Below are positions 26,699-36,141 of a DNA stretch of 64,000 nucleotides, one piece after another. The translations under genes were made by a program, and so were the position numbers. Origin of the DNA: Candidatus Komeilibacteria bacterium RIFOXYD1_FULL_37_29. GTDB taxonomy: Bacteria; Patescibacteriota; Patescibacteriia; UBA1558; GWA2-36-10. Location: NCBI GenBank assembly GCA_001818495.1, contig MHKS01000005.1, positions 180,188 to 244,187 on the forward strand. Direction: 5' to 3'. How positions within the stretch are numbered: the first letter of the stretch is position 1; each line of letters begins with the position of its first letter. The notes under the pieces are model-generated. The model ran no database searches. It saw only the letters and a list, made by a program, of their open reading frames with translations, and was not told the DNA's origin.

Positions 26699-29373
26699 AA
26701 TTTTCCGATTGTCAGACCTGTGGGGGGACGGGCAAAGTAAATGGCGCTACTTGTAGCACCTGTTTTGGCTATTATAAATATTATTTTTCCAATAATAATT
26801 TTTTGTATTTTAGATATTCAGTCAATTATGCCCATATTTTTGTCCGGGAGCTTCGAAAAACTATTGATATTATTATAAATGCCTTTTTATTGGTGGCTCT
26901 ATTTTTAACCTTGTATTTGGTTTATAGTATTTTAAATGTTGTAGAATTTGATCCTAGAAATTTATGGTATTTTCTGTCTGACGATAGGATAGAGAACCTT
27001 TATTTATGGGTGCTGGTATTGGCTGATATGTTTTTGTATTACCGTTTGGTAATACCAGGCCTGAAAAAATCTGCCAAAGAAAAAAAACTATCTGATCAGG
27101 ATCAAAGCGTCCGCCATAACATGGCTGAGCATATGGGTCAGGAAGTGACCAAGATGGTGGACAAAGCTTGGTTATTTGGCAAATATAAAAAAGTTTTTCC
27201 TATCAGTGTTTGGCATTTACTTTATGTTTTATTAAACGATAAGGATATTCGTTTGGTTTTGGCCCGGTTGGGGGTAGGTGTCGATAATATTAAACAAAAT
27301 ATTGATCAATATATTGAAAAATTAGCTCCAGTTCGAGATGCTAAATTGGATCTAGATGAGGAGGCTTCAAATGCCATGCTCAATGCTTATTTTCATATGT
27401 TAGAGAGACGTGGTGATTATATAGCGGAAGTAGATTTGCTTTATGGCATTGTGACGACCAGCCAGTCGGTTCGTAATATGTTTTATGATATGGATATTGA
27501 TGAACAGAAAATCGACAATGTTATTTCTTGGGTTAAGATTAATAAGGATTTGGTGGCGACATATAAGAGGTTTAGATCCAGATCAATATTTAAGCCAAAA
27601 GGCGGCATGAATCGTTCTTACACTGCTATTGCCACGCCGGTTTTAAATAGTTTTTCTCAAGATTTGACTCTGATGGCTAGAGCCGGATATTTGGGTTTGT
27701 CAGTGGCTAGAGAAAAAGAAATAGCCGAAATAATCTCTACTATTGAAAGTAGTGTAGCCAGCGTAGTTTTGGTTGGTCCAGCCGGTATCGGTAAGGGCAA
27801 TATAGTAGAAGGTATTGCCAATCGGATGATGGCTGAAGAATTGCCAGAATTGTTTCAAGATAAAAGGTTAGTATCTATTTCTGTACCGATGCTGGTTTCT
27901 GGTGCTGAAGGCGCGGGACGTCTAGAAGAAAGATTTTTGGCTATTTTAAATGAAACAGCCATGTCGGGAAATATTATTTTGTATATTGAAGACATTCATC
28001 AACTGGTCGGTATTTCTTCACAAGGCAACGAAGGAGTGTCACTGGCCGAAATTTTAGCCGGAGAAATCAGAAAGAAAAATGTCATTGTCATTGCTACTGC
28101 TCATAGTAAAGAATACGTCCAACTAATTGAAGGAACTGGTTTGGGTCAAGCTCTTAAAAAAATAAATATTAAAGAGCCCGACAAAAATCAGACTATCAAG
28201 ATGATGGAGGCCCATGTCAGTGTAGTAGAAGGAAAACATCAGGTTTATTTTACCTATGATGCACTAGATACTATTTATGAATTATCTAATCGCTATATTA
28301 CGGATAAAGCTTTGCCTAGTAAAGCCACTGATTTGATGGATGAAGCGGGTATTATAGTATCTAAACGGGGTTCGAAAAATAATTTAGTAACCGCTGAAGA
28401 CATAGAGGCTTTGGTCAGCCACAAGACCAATATTCCTTTGACTGAAGTAACGGCTCAAGAGTCTACTAAATTGTTAAATATAGAAGAAGAACTTCATGAG
28501 CGTATAGTTGGCCAAGATGAGGCGGTTAAGTTGGTTGCTTCTGCTCTCAGACGAGCCAGAGCAGAACTGCGAGATAAAAATCGGCCGATTGTCAATTTGC
28601 TTTTCTTGGGACCAACTGGTGTGGGTAAAACAGAATTGGCCAAAACAGTGGCCGAAAAATATTTTGGCAACGAAAACGACATGATTCGTCTAGATATGAG
28701 TGAATACCAAAGTCAAACATCTTTGCCCAGACTAATCGGTTCGCCAGAGGCTGGTACACCCGGACTTCTCACCGAAGCGGTGCGGCACAAGCCCTTTGCC
28801 TTATTACTTTTAGATGAAATAGAAAAAGCCAATCCGGATGTTTTGACGATATTTTTACAAGTTATGGAAGATGGTCGCTTGACCGATGCCTTGGGCAGAA
28901 CAGTTGATTTTACTAATCTGATTATTGTAGCTACTTCCAATGCCGGTACGTCTTTTATCCAAGATCAAATCAATGCCGGACGACAAGTCGGCGATTTTAA
29001 AGATCAGCTGATTAAAGAGGAAATCAGAGATATTTTTAGGCCGGAGTTTATCAACCGTTTTGATGGCGTAGTAGTTTTTCGTCCGCTTACTCAAGAAGAA
29101 ATATTTAAGATTGCTGGATTCATGTTGAATAAGGTCAAGAAAAGATTGGACGAGAAGGGAATACTGTTTGAAGTGACTGAAGCAGCTCAAAGAGAATTGG
29201 CTCTAGCTGGTTTTGATCCGGTTTTTGGTGCTAGACCACTACGGCGAGTTATTCAGGATAGGGTGGAAAATTCTTTATCAGAATTTTTATTGACTGGTAA
29301 GGTTGGTCGCCGTGATGTCATAGTTTATGATGTTGGTGGCAAGATTAGCGTGCGCAAACCAACGGGGTATTAG
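26686..29373 (+). CDS. membrane-anchored Clp/Hsp100-like double AAA+ protein with N-terminal CxxCxGxG zinc finger
   Basis: Reading N to C: a zinc finger (CQTCGGTGKVNGATCSTCFG), 2-3 TM helices, two Clp_N-like repeats, AAA module 1 (GPAGIGKGN, IEDIH), and a canonical AAA module 2 (GPTGVGKT, LLLDEIEKA, sensor/arginine regions). Walker-A spacing of ~283 aa is ClpA/ClpC-like, with no long M-domain. Confidence 0.75.
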   Translation: MESLKFSDCQTCGGTGKVNGATCSTCFGYYKYYFSNNNFLYFRYSVNYAHIFVRELRKTIDIIINAFLLVALFLTLYLVYSILNVVEFDPRNLWYFLSDDRIENLYLWVLVLADMFLYYRLVIPGLKKSAKEKKLSDQDQSVRHNMAEHMGQEVTKMVDKAWLFGKYKKVFPISVWHLLYVLLNDKDIRLVLARLGVGVDNIKQNIDQYIEKLAPVRDAKLDLDEEASNAMLNAYFHMLERRGDYIAEVDLLYGIVTTSQSVRNMFYDMDIDEQKIDNVISWVKINKDLVATYKRFRSRSIFKPKGGMNRSYTAIATPVLNSFSQDLTLMARAGYLGLSVAREKEIAEIISTIESSVASVVLVGPAGIGKGNIVEGIANRMMAEELPELFQDKRLVSISVPMLVSGAEGAGRLEERFLAILNETAMSGNIILYIEDIHQLVGISSQGNEGVSLAEILAGEIRKKNVIVIATAHSKEYVQLIEGTGLGQALKKINIKEPDKNQTIKMMEAHVSVVEGKHQVYFTYDALDTIYELSNRYITDKALPSKATDLMDEAGIIVSKRGSKNNLVTAEDIEALVSHKTNIPLTEVTAQESTKLLNIEEELHERIVGQDEAVKLVASALRRARAELRDKNRPIVNLLFLGPTGVGKTELAKTVAEKYFGNENDMIRLDMSEYQSQTSLPRLIGSPEAGTPGLLTEAVRHKPFALLLLDEIEKANPDVLTIFLQVMEDGRLTDALGRTVDFTNLIIVATSNAGTSFIQDQINAGRQVGDFKDQLIKEEIRDIFRPEFINRFDGVVVFRPLTQEEIFKIAGFMLNKVKKRLDEKGILFEVTEAAQRELALAGFDPVFGARPLRRVIQDRVENSLSEFLLTGKVGRRDVIVYDVGGKISVRKPTGY

Positions 29374-29390
29374 AATATTAATTTAATAAT

Positions 29391-29418
29391 AAGACTCCTC
29401 GAAAGAGGAGTTTTTATT
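29391..29418 (+). terminator. intrinsic terminator gactcctc gaaa gaggagt + TTTTT after the AAA+ gene
   Basis: Perfect 8-bp stem followed by a T-run. Confidence 0.6.
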
Positions 29419-29467
29419 ATTATAAAATAATTTAAAGTTATATAAAGAATTGTTGATTTGGTCAATA

Positions 29468-29496
29468 TTGATATTTAGCTTATTTTTAGGTATAAT
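29468..29496 (+). promoter_or_regulatory. consensus sigma70 promoter TTGATA -17- TATAAT for glyQS
   Basis: Near-perfect -35/-10 elements lie ~35 nt upstream of the ATG at 29530. Confidence 0.55.
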
Positions 29497-29529
29497 TTTG
29501 ATATTGAAGTATTAAAATAATCATTGTTT

Positions 29530-30915
29530 ATGAAAGAACTGCGCAAGTTTGATAAGGTAGTAAATTTGGCCAAAACCAGGGGTTTTATTTTTCCATCTTC
29601 TGATATCTATGGTGGTTTAAATTCTATCTACGATTACGGCCCTTTAGGGACAGAGCTAAAAAATAATCTCAAAAAAGCCTGGTTTGATTTTATGTTGGCG
29701 AGGCGTGATGTAGTGGGATTGGATTCAGCTATTTTGATGCATCCGCAGATTTGGAAAGCTTCTGGTCATTTGGACGGCTTTTCTGATCCTTTGGTTGATT
29801 GCAAAAAATGTAAATCACGCTTTAGAGCCGATCATCTCTTGGAGAAAAAAGGTATTAAACCTACTTTTGGTAAGGACAATACTCCCAATATGTCCGATGT
29901 AAAATGTCCGGAGTGTGGGGGCGAGCTGACTGAAGTTAGACAATTTAATCTCATGTTTAAGACTTTTATGGGACCGTTGGAAGACAGTGCCAATCAAATC
30001 TATTTGCGTCCAGAAACTGCCCAGGGTATCTATGTAAATTTTTTAAATGTTTTAAATAGTTTGCGTTTAAAAATTCCTTTTGGTATTGCCCAGATTGGCA
30101 AAGCTTTTAGAAATGAAATTACTCCCGGTAATTTCATTTTCCGCATGAGAGAATTTGAACAGATGGAGATGCAATATTTTGTCCATCCCGATAAAACTAA
30201 AGACGCTTTTGAAAAGTGGCAAAATTTACGCATGGATTGGTATAAAAGTCTGGGGATTGATCCAAAGAACTTACGTTTTCGTGAGCACGCCAAAGATGAG
30301 TTGGCTCATTATGCTAAAAAGGCTTTGGATATTGAATATAATTTTGCTTTTTCTGAAAACGAAACTTTTAAAGAACTAGAAGGTATCCATCATCGCGGTG
30401 ATTGGGATCTGAGCCAGCATCAAAAATATAGCCAACAGAAATTAACGGTCAAAGACGAGAATAATAAAGAATATATTCCCAATGTGATTGAAACTTCGGG
30501 TGGAGTAGATAGAGCCACTCTGGCCTTTTTGATGGAAGCTTATACAGAAATAGATGGCGGTCGCACCACCACCACTGAAAGTAGTAAAGAAAAAGAAGTG
30601 GTGCTCAAGCTAGACAAAAGATTAGCCCCTATTAAAATTGCTATTTTCCCCTTGTCTAAAAAAACAGATTTGATGGCCAAAGCCATAGAAATTTATGATA
30701 GCTTGGCCACTAAGTATCGATTGACTTATGATGAGACTGGCTCTATCGGCAAACGTTATCGTCGCCAAGATGAAATCGGCACACCATACTGTGTGACAGT
30801 TGATTTTGATACTTTGGGAAACAATCTAGTGACAGTCAGAGACAGAGATACGATGAAACAAGACCACATTAATATTTCCGAATTAGCCGCTTATTTTCAG
30901 GAAAAATTTAAATAA
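29530..30915 (+). CDS. glyQS: glycyl-tRNA synthetase (alpha2 dimer type)
   Basis: FIFPSSDIYGGLNSIYDYGPLG, class II motifs, and the zinc-ribbon-like insertion CKKCKSR...CPECGG. The track start at 29524 is a TTG; the ATG is at 29530. Confidence 0.9.
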   Translation: MKELRKFDKVVNLAKTRGFIFPSSDIYGGLNSIYDYGPLGTELKNNLKKAWFDFMLARRDVVGLDSAILMHPQIWKASGHLDGFSDPLVDCKKCKSRFRADHLLEKKGIKPTFGKDNTPNMSDVKCPECGGELTEVRQFNLMFKTFMGPLEDSANQIYLRPETAQGIYVNFLNVLNSLRLKIPFGIAQIGKAFRNEITPGNFIFRMREFEQMEMQYFVHPDKTKDAFEKWQNLRMDWYKSLGIDPKNLRFREHAKDELAHYAKKALDIEYNFAFSENETFKELEGIHHRGDWDLSQHQKYSQQKLTVKDENNKEYIPNVIETSGGVDRATLAFLMEAYTEIDGGRTTTTESSKEKEVVLKLDKRLAPIKIAIFPLSKKTDLMAKAIEIYDSLATKYRLTYDETGSIGKRYRRQDEIGTPYCVTVDFDTLGNNLVTVRDRDTMKQDHINISELAAYFQEKFK

Positions 30916-30935
30916 ATTATCCAGTTTTTTAATAT

Positions 30936-32204
30936 ATGTATAAAAGAATTATCCGTCGTGACGGCAGTGTCATAATTTTGGCGCCCCAAAAGGAAACTAA
31001 AACTATTACTTTTGAATTACTTTTCAAAGTCGGTAGTCGTCAAGAAAATATTCAAAACAACGGTGTATCTCATTTTATTGAGCATTTGATGTTTAAGGGG
31101 ACCAAGCGTCGTCCGTCTACAGCCGCTATTGCTAAAGAGCTTGATGGTGTGGGCGCATATTATAATGCTTTTACTGGTAAGGAATACACGGGTTATTATA
31201 TTACGTTGAGTAACAGTCATTTATCTTTGGCGGTTGATATGCTCTCTGATATGTTGCATAATTCCAAATTTGACAAAGAAGAGATGGACAGAGAAAGGGG
31301 AGTCATTATTGAAGAAATAAATATGTATGAAGACAACCCCATGATGTATATTGAAGAGCTTTTTGAAAATATATTATTTGGTGGTACCAGCTTGGGAAAA
31401 TCCATTGCCGGACCAAGAATAAATATAAAAAATGTTTCCCACCAGGTTCTTTACAATTATTATCAGAAATATTATTACCACGGCAACTCTATTATTGGTT
31501 TGGCCGGTAACTTTCAGGAAAAACGAGCTCTCAAGTTGATCAATCAGCTTTTTCCTATTAGTGCTCGTCAGGCCAGAGTCAAAAATTTTACTCTACCATC
31601 TTTCAAACAGGCTCAAGCGATAGTCAAAATTGTTGATCGTGATTTGGAGCAAGTCCAGCTCATGTTAGGCTGGCGGACAACATCCATTGATACCAAGGAA
31701 TTTGTTTTCAATCAGATTTTAGCTAATATTTTGGGTGGTACTATGAGCTCTCGCTTGTTTATCAATATCAGGGAGAGAAAAGGACTTTGTTATTTTATCA
31801 ATGCAGAAATAAGTGGTTATGAAGGCAAAAGCGCTTTTACTATTCATGCCGGTTTAAATAAAATAAAAATTTTGGAAGCTTTGGAAGCCATTAAACAGGA
31901 ATTAAATAATGTTTCCAAAAAGGGTATTAGTGCTGAAGAATTGTCTCAAGCCAAAGAAAACATCAAAGGACGGATGGTTTTGAAAATGGAAAGCTCCAGC
32001 GCTCATTTAAATTTTTTAATATCTCAAGAGGTCATTGGCCAACCGATTAAGAGTCTAGATCAAAGATTAAAAGAATTGGACAAAGTCAGTCTCAAGCAAA
32101 TCAATGATCTAGCCAAAAATATTTTCAACTGGGCAAAAGCCAATTTAGTGATTATCGGGCCATTTAAAAATAAAAATGAATTTCTAAATATTTTAAAAAA
32201 ATAA
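30936..32204 (+). CDS. M16 family zinc peptidase (pitrilysin/insulinase-like)
   Basis: Inverted zinc motif HxxEH (HFIEHLMFKGT) and the downstream E of the M16 family. Confidence 0.75.
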   Translation: MYKRIIRRDGSVIILAPQKETKTITFELLFKVGSRQENIQNNGVSHFIEHLMFKGTKRRPSTAAIAKELDGVGAYYNAFTGKEYTGYYITLSNSHLSLAVDMLSDMLHNSKFDKEEMDRERGVIIEEINMYEDNPMMYIEELFENILFGGTSLGKSIAGPRINIKNVSHQVLYNYYQKYYYHGNSIIGLAGNFQEKRALKLINQLFPISARQARVKNFTLPSFKQAQAIVKIVDRDLEQVQLMLGWRTTSIDTKEFVFNQILANILGGTMSSRLFINIRERKGLCYFINAEISGYEGKSAFTIHAGLNKIKILEALEAIKQELNNVSKKGISAEELSQAKENIKGRMVLKMESSSAHLNFLISQEVIGQPIKSLDQRLKELDKVSLKQINDLAKNIFNWAKANLVIIGPFKNKNEFLNILKK

Positions 32205-32208
32205 ATCT

Positions 32209-33249
32209 ATGTCTAATCAATCTATTTCTATCAGTACGGACACAATCCTTAGAGTAATAGTTGTTTTATTATTTTTAGGATTTTTGTTTTTAATAAGAGA
32301 TGTACTCGCTCTGATTTTTATAGCCTTAATTTTGGCGGCTGCTTTCGATCCAATGGTGGATTGGCTGCATAAATTCAAAATCCCCAGAGCCGTTAGTATT
32401 ATTGTCATTTATATAGTAGCTATATTTTTCGTAGGTTGGTCTGTCTATTTGTTAGTTGGTCCAATTACTGAACAGATTTTGAGTATTTCTCAGGCCTTCC
32501 CGCATTTTTATAATGAAATCCAAAGAACTCTTGGTGGTACGGTAGATTTGAATAGTTTGTTTAATCAGGATGTCATAAACTCTAGTATTGCTGATATTAC
32601 CAAAAACTTGGGCAAGGCTACCTCCGGCATCTTCAGTGTCTTGGGATCAGTTTTTGGCGGAGTGATTAGTTTGTTGGTGGTACTGGTTATTACTTTTTAT
32701 TTAACTGTGGAAGAAAATAGTATCAAAAAATTTATTACTTCAGTTACACCCATTAAGCAGCAGCCCTATATTTCTAAATTGATTGTAGCTATTCAGCACC
32801 GGATGGGTTTTTGGTTGAGAGGTCAGCTATTTTTATCGATTATTATTTTTGTTTTAGTGTATATTGGGCTTCTTTCCCTCGGTGTAAAATATGCTTTGAC
32901 TTTGGCTCTGATTTCTGGCGTTTTTGAGATAGTGCCTTTTATTGGTCCGTGGATAGCAGCTATTCCCGGTGTATTTTTGGCTTTTTCTCAAAGTCCAAGC
33001 AAAGCTTTGTTAGTTGGTATTATGTATTTGGTCATTCAGCAATTGGAAAATAATTTGATTACCCCCAAAGTTATGGGCAAAAGTACCGGTCTAAATCCTT
33101 TGATAGTTTTGGTGGCTATTATGATTGGTGCTAAGTTGGGTGGGGTATTGGGAGCCCTCTTGGGAGTACCAGTCGCTTTATCTATTGCTGTTTATATAGA
33201 GACATTAATTGGTGATAAAAAAAATCGTGATAATACTTTAGTTAAATAA
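32209..33249 (+). CDS. AI-2E family transporter (PerM/YhhT-like permease)
   Basis: An 8-TM protein. The C-terminal region (ITPKVMGKSTGLNPLIVLVAIMIGAKLGGVLGALLGVP) is typical of AI-2E permeases. Confidence 0.6.
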   Translation: MSNQSISISTDTILRVIVVLLFLGFLFLIRDVLALIFIALILAAAFDPMVDWLHKFKIPRAVSIIVIYIVAIFFVGWSVYLLVGPITEQILSISQAFPHFYNEIQRTLGGTVDLNSLFNQDVINSSIADITKNLGKATSGIFSVLGSVFGGVISLLVVLVITFYLTVEENSIKKFITSVTPIKQQPYISKLIVAIQHRMGFWLRGQLFLSIIIFVLVYIGLLSLGVKYALTLALISGVFEIVPFIGPWIAAIPGVFLAFSQSPSKALLVGIMYLVIQQLENNLITPKVMGKSTGLNPLIVLVAIMIGAKLGGVLGALLGVPVALSIAVYIETLIGDKKNRDNTLVK

Positions 33250-33915
33250 ATGTTGTATATAGTAGCTACGCCGATCGGAAATTTAGCAGATATAACACTA
33301 AGAGCTCTGGAAGTTCTAAGCAGTGTGGATGTTATATTAGCTGAAGATACTAGAGTCAGCAAAAAACTTTTAGCTCATCATAATATCAATACTCAACTGA
33401 TTTCTTGGCATCAGCATAGCAGTGAAAGAGATTTTAAAAATCTGTCTCACTATTTTGCCCAAGAAAAGAATATTGCTTTGATTACCGATGCGGGCAGTCC
33501 GGGCATTTCTGATCCAGGCGGAAAATTGATTGAATTGGTTTTGGGAAGTTTTCCGGAGACCAAAATAGTTCCTATTCCCGGAGTTTCCGCTTTGACCGCT
33601 ATAGTCTCAGTGGCTGGTGTACCGATGGATAGGTTTTTGTTTTTAGGATTTTTGCCCCACAAAAAAGGACGCCAAACTTTAATTGGCGAAATTAAAAGTG
33701 CTAAGTTACCAGTTATATTTTTTGAATCAGTTCATCGGATTATGAAAGCCCTAGAACAATTGGCTGATTGTCCCAAACAGTTGATAGTCGGTCGGGAGCT
33801 GACTAAACAATTTGAAACTATTTATCGGGGAACAGCCAAAGATATTTTAGGTATTTTGAGTAAAGATAAAAATCAACAAAAAGGGGAGTTTGTCATAATA
33901 GTTAACAACAAATAA
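33250..33915 (+). CDS. rsmI: 16S rRNA (cytidine1402-2'-O)-methyltransferase RsmI
   Basis: LYIVATPIGNLADITLRALEVL...ILAEDTR is the RsmI/tetrapyrrole-methylase-fold signature. Confidence 0.85.
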   Translation: MLYIVATPIGNLADITLRALEVLSSVDVILAEDTRVSKKLLAHHNINTQLISWHQHSSERDFKNLSHYFAQEKNIALITDAGSPGISDPGGKLIELVLGSFPETKIVPIPGVSALTAIVSVAGVPMDRFLFLGFLPHKKGRQTLIGEIKSAKLPVIFFESVHRIMKALEQLADCPKQLIVGRELTKQFETIYRGTAKDILGILSKDKNQQKGEFVIIVNNK

Positions 33916-33916
33916 T

Positions 33917-34183
33917 ATGCCAGCAGCCAAACAGTTGGGCACCATTAGCATTTTAATGAAAGATCGACACAGCTATGCGGTAGAAGTGCAAAAAATATTA
34001 ACCGACGAAGGACGTTTGATCATGGCTAGAATGGGTGTTAATCCTGCCAGGACTTGCGTCAAAAATTGTACCGGCATTGTAGTTTTGATAGTGGAAGGTA
34101 CTGCTCAGGAAATAAATGCTTTGAACAAAAAGCTCAACAAGCTTTATGGTGTGGTAGCCAAAAGCGTTATTATCACCAAATAA
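33917..34183 (+). CDS. small ACT-like protein (hypothetical)
   Basis: The 88 aa product has a beta-alpha-beta-beta-alpha-beta-like hydrophobic pattern. I recognise no definitive motif. Confidence 0.3.
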   Translation: MPAAKQLGTISILMKDRHSYAVEVQKILTDEGRLIMARMGVNPARTCVKNCTGIVVLIVEGTAQEINALNKKLNKLYGVVAKSVIITK

Positions 34184-34629
34184 TGAATTTTAAGATTAGA
34201 CCATTAGAAACTCAAGATTTGGATAAGAGTAGTTTTTTGGAAACGCTCTCCAATCTTAGTGATGTTAAAAATTTATCTACCAAACAAGCTCAAGAAATTT
34301 TTAGCATGGCCAGTGGTCAGGGAGTGTATTTTTTGGTAGCAATTTGCGAGGAGGGAGAGCATCAGGGTGAAATTGTGGCTACTGTTAAATTGATTATTGA
34401 ACCAAAATTTTTTCATGGGGGTAAATCGGCTGGGCACATTGAAGATGTAGTTACGAGATATGGTTTTGAAGGACAGGGATTATCCAAAGCACTACTGCAA
34501 GAAGCGATTAAAATTGCCAAGGAAAATAATTGTTATAAATTAATATTGGATTGTAAAAAAGAATTGTTGCCTTTTTATGCTAAATCTGGTTTTAAGGAGC
34601 ATGGTATTTGTCTAAGATTAGATTTTTAA
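34183..34629 (+). CDS. GNAT family N-acetyltransferase
   Basis: The Q/RxxGxG/A-like acetyl-CoA region is YGFEGQGLSKALLQEAIKIAKE. The start is at the TAATG stop/start overlap with the upstream small gene. The track's 34054 start is an upstream in-frame extension across that gene. Confidence 0.7.
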   Translation: MNFKIRPLETQDLDKSSFLETLSNLSDVKNLSTKQAQEIFSMASGQGVYFLVAICEEGEHQGEIVATVKLIIEPKFFHGGKSAGHIEDVVTRYGFEGQGLSKALLQEAIKIAKENNCYKLILDCKKELLPFYAKSGFKEHGICLRLDF

Positions 34630-34633
34630 AATT

Positions 34634-36076
34634 ATGAAAGATAAAACAAACAAATTCTATATCACCACGCCAATTTATTATGTCAACGACAAACCACACA
34701 TCGGTCATGCCTATACGACTATTGTAGCTGATGTTTTGGCTCGTTTTTGGCGCGCACAAATTGGCGATAAAAATGTATTTTTTCTAACTGGTACTGACGA
34801 GCATGGCGCTAAAATTGCCGAGGCCGCTCAAGTCGCTGGTATGGAACCGCAAGCTTTTACTGATAAGGTATCTCAAAAATTTAAAGATGTCTGGTCTAAG
34901 ATGGATATAAGCTATGATTATTTTTTGCGCACAACTGACAAAGACCATGGGAAAATTGTTACCGAAATTTTAAAAACTCTAAAAGCCAAAGGCATTTTAT
35001 ATGAAGATGATTATCAGGGTTTATATTGTGTCGGTTGTGAAAAATTTATTACTGAAGGGGAGTTGGTAGATGGTAAGTGTCCGGATCACAATAAAGTTCC
35101 GCAAAAAGTAGTAGAAAAAAATTGGTTTTTCAAATTGTCGGAATTTTTACCAAAAATAAAAAAAGCTATTCAGTCGGGAGAACTTTATATTTATCCAGAG
35201 TCCAGAAAAAACGAAGTGTTGGGTCTGATAGATAAACAGCATGTGCCAGATTTTTCTATTTCTCGCTCTAAAAAGTCAGTGCCCTGGGGGATTGATTTGC
35301 CTTGGGATGAGAATCAAAAAACTTATGTTTGGGTAGACGCTTTGAGCAATTACATTACTGCCCTGGGCTACCCCAAAGGTAAGGATTTCAAAAAGTTTTG
35401 GCCAGCCGATGCGCAATTTATGGCTTTAGATATTTTAAAATTTCATACCTTGTATTGGCCAGCGATACTGATGGCTTTGGATTTACCATTGCCCCGACTT
35501 TATATCCACGGATTTTTTACTATCGACGGTAAGAAAATGAGCAAGACCTTGGGTAATGTCATTGACCCAAATGAATTGGCTGATAAATACGGAGCAGAAG
35601 TCAGTAAATATTTGATCTTGTCTCAATTTTCTTTTGGGCAAGAATCTGATATTAAGCTGGAAGATTTTCCTATCAAGTATAATGCTGATTTGGTCAACGG
35701 TTTGGGTAATCTAGTTAGTCGAGTGACCAATATGATTGAGCTATATCTAGACGGTCAGGTGGGTATAAAATTTAAAAGTCTGAATTTGGGCCATGAAGAA
35801 TTGAAACAACTGCGTTTTAGAGAAGCACTGCTGACTATTTGGCAGGTGATTGCCAAAGACAACACTTTAATTGATCAGAGTAAGCCTTGGGAGTTGGCCA
35901 AGGACAAGAACAAGCACGATCAGTTGAAAAAAATATTGGGAGAATTGAGTTTAGATTTATATAACATTGCTTTAGCTTTAGAACCGTTTATGCCACAAAA
36001 GTCTAAAGAAATTTTAGATATTATAACCGCTAAAAAGATTAAAAAACCAGCCAGTCCACTGTTTCCTAGATTATAG
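34634..36076 (+). CDS. metG: methionyl-tRNA synthetase (short form, no C-terminal tRNA-binding appendix)
   Basis: HIGH motif PHIGHAY, KMSKS motif KMSKTL, and the zinc knuckle CVGCEKF...CPDH. Confidence 0.9.
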   Translation: MKDKTNKFYITTPIYYVNDKPHIGHAYTTIVADVLARFWRAQIGDKNVFFLTGTDEHGAKIAEAAQVAGMEPQAFTDKVSQKFKDVWSKMDISYDYFLRTTDKDHGKIVTEILKTLKAKGILYEDDYQGLYCVGCEKFITEGELVDGKCPDHNKVPQKVVEKNWFFKLSEFLPKIKKAIQSGELYIYPESRKNEVLGLIDKQHVPDFSISRSKKSVPWGIDLPWDENQKTYVWVDALSNYITALGYPKGKDFKKFWPADAQFMALDILKFHTLYWPAILMALDLPLPRLYIHGFFTIDGKKMSKTLGNVIDPNELADKYGAEVSKYLILSQFSFGQESDIKLEDFPIKYNADLVNGLGNLVSRVTNMIELYLDGQVGIKFKSLNLGHEELKQLRFREALLTIWQVIAKDNTLIDQSKPWELAKDKNKHDQLKKILGELSLDLYNIALALEPFMPQKSKEILDIITAKKIKKPASPLFPRL

Positions 36077-36141
36077 AAGTGCCAGTGGCTAAGACAAAAA
36101 TTTTAGTGTATTATATAGGTAAATTAATATAAGAAATAAAT

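Noticed and set aside
34054-34182. N-terminal 43 aa extension of the GNAT ORF
   Set aside because: It overlaps the upstream small gene in another frame. The TAATG junction at 34181-34185 gives a natural coupled start.
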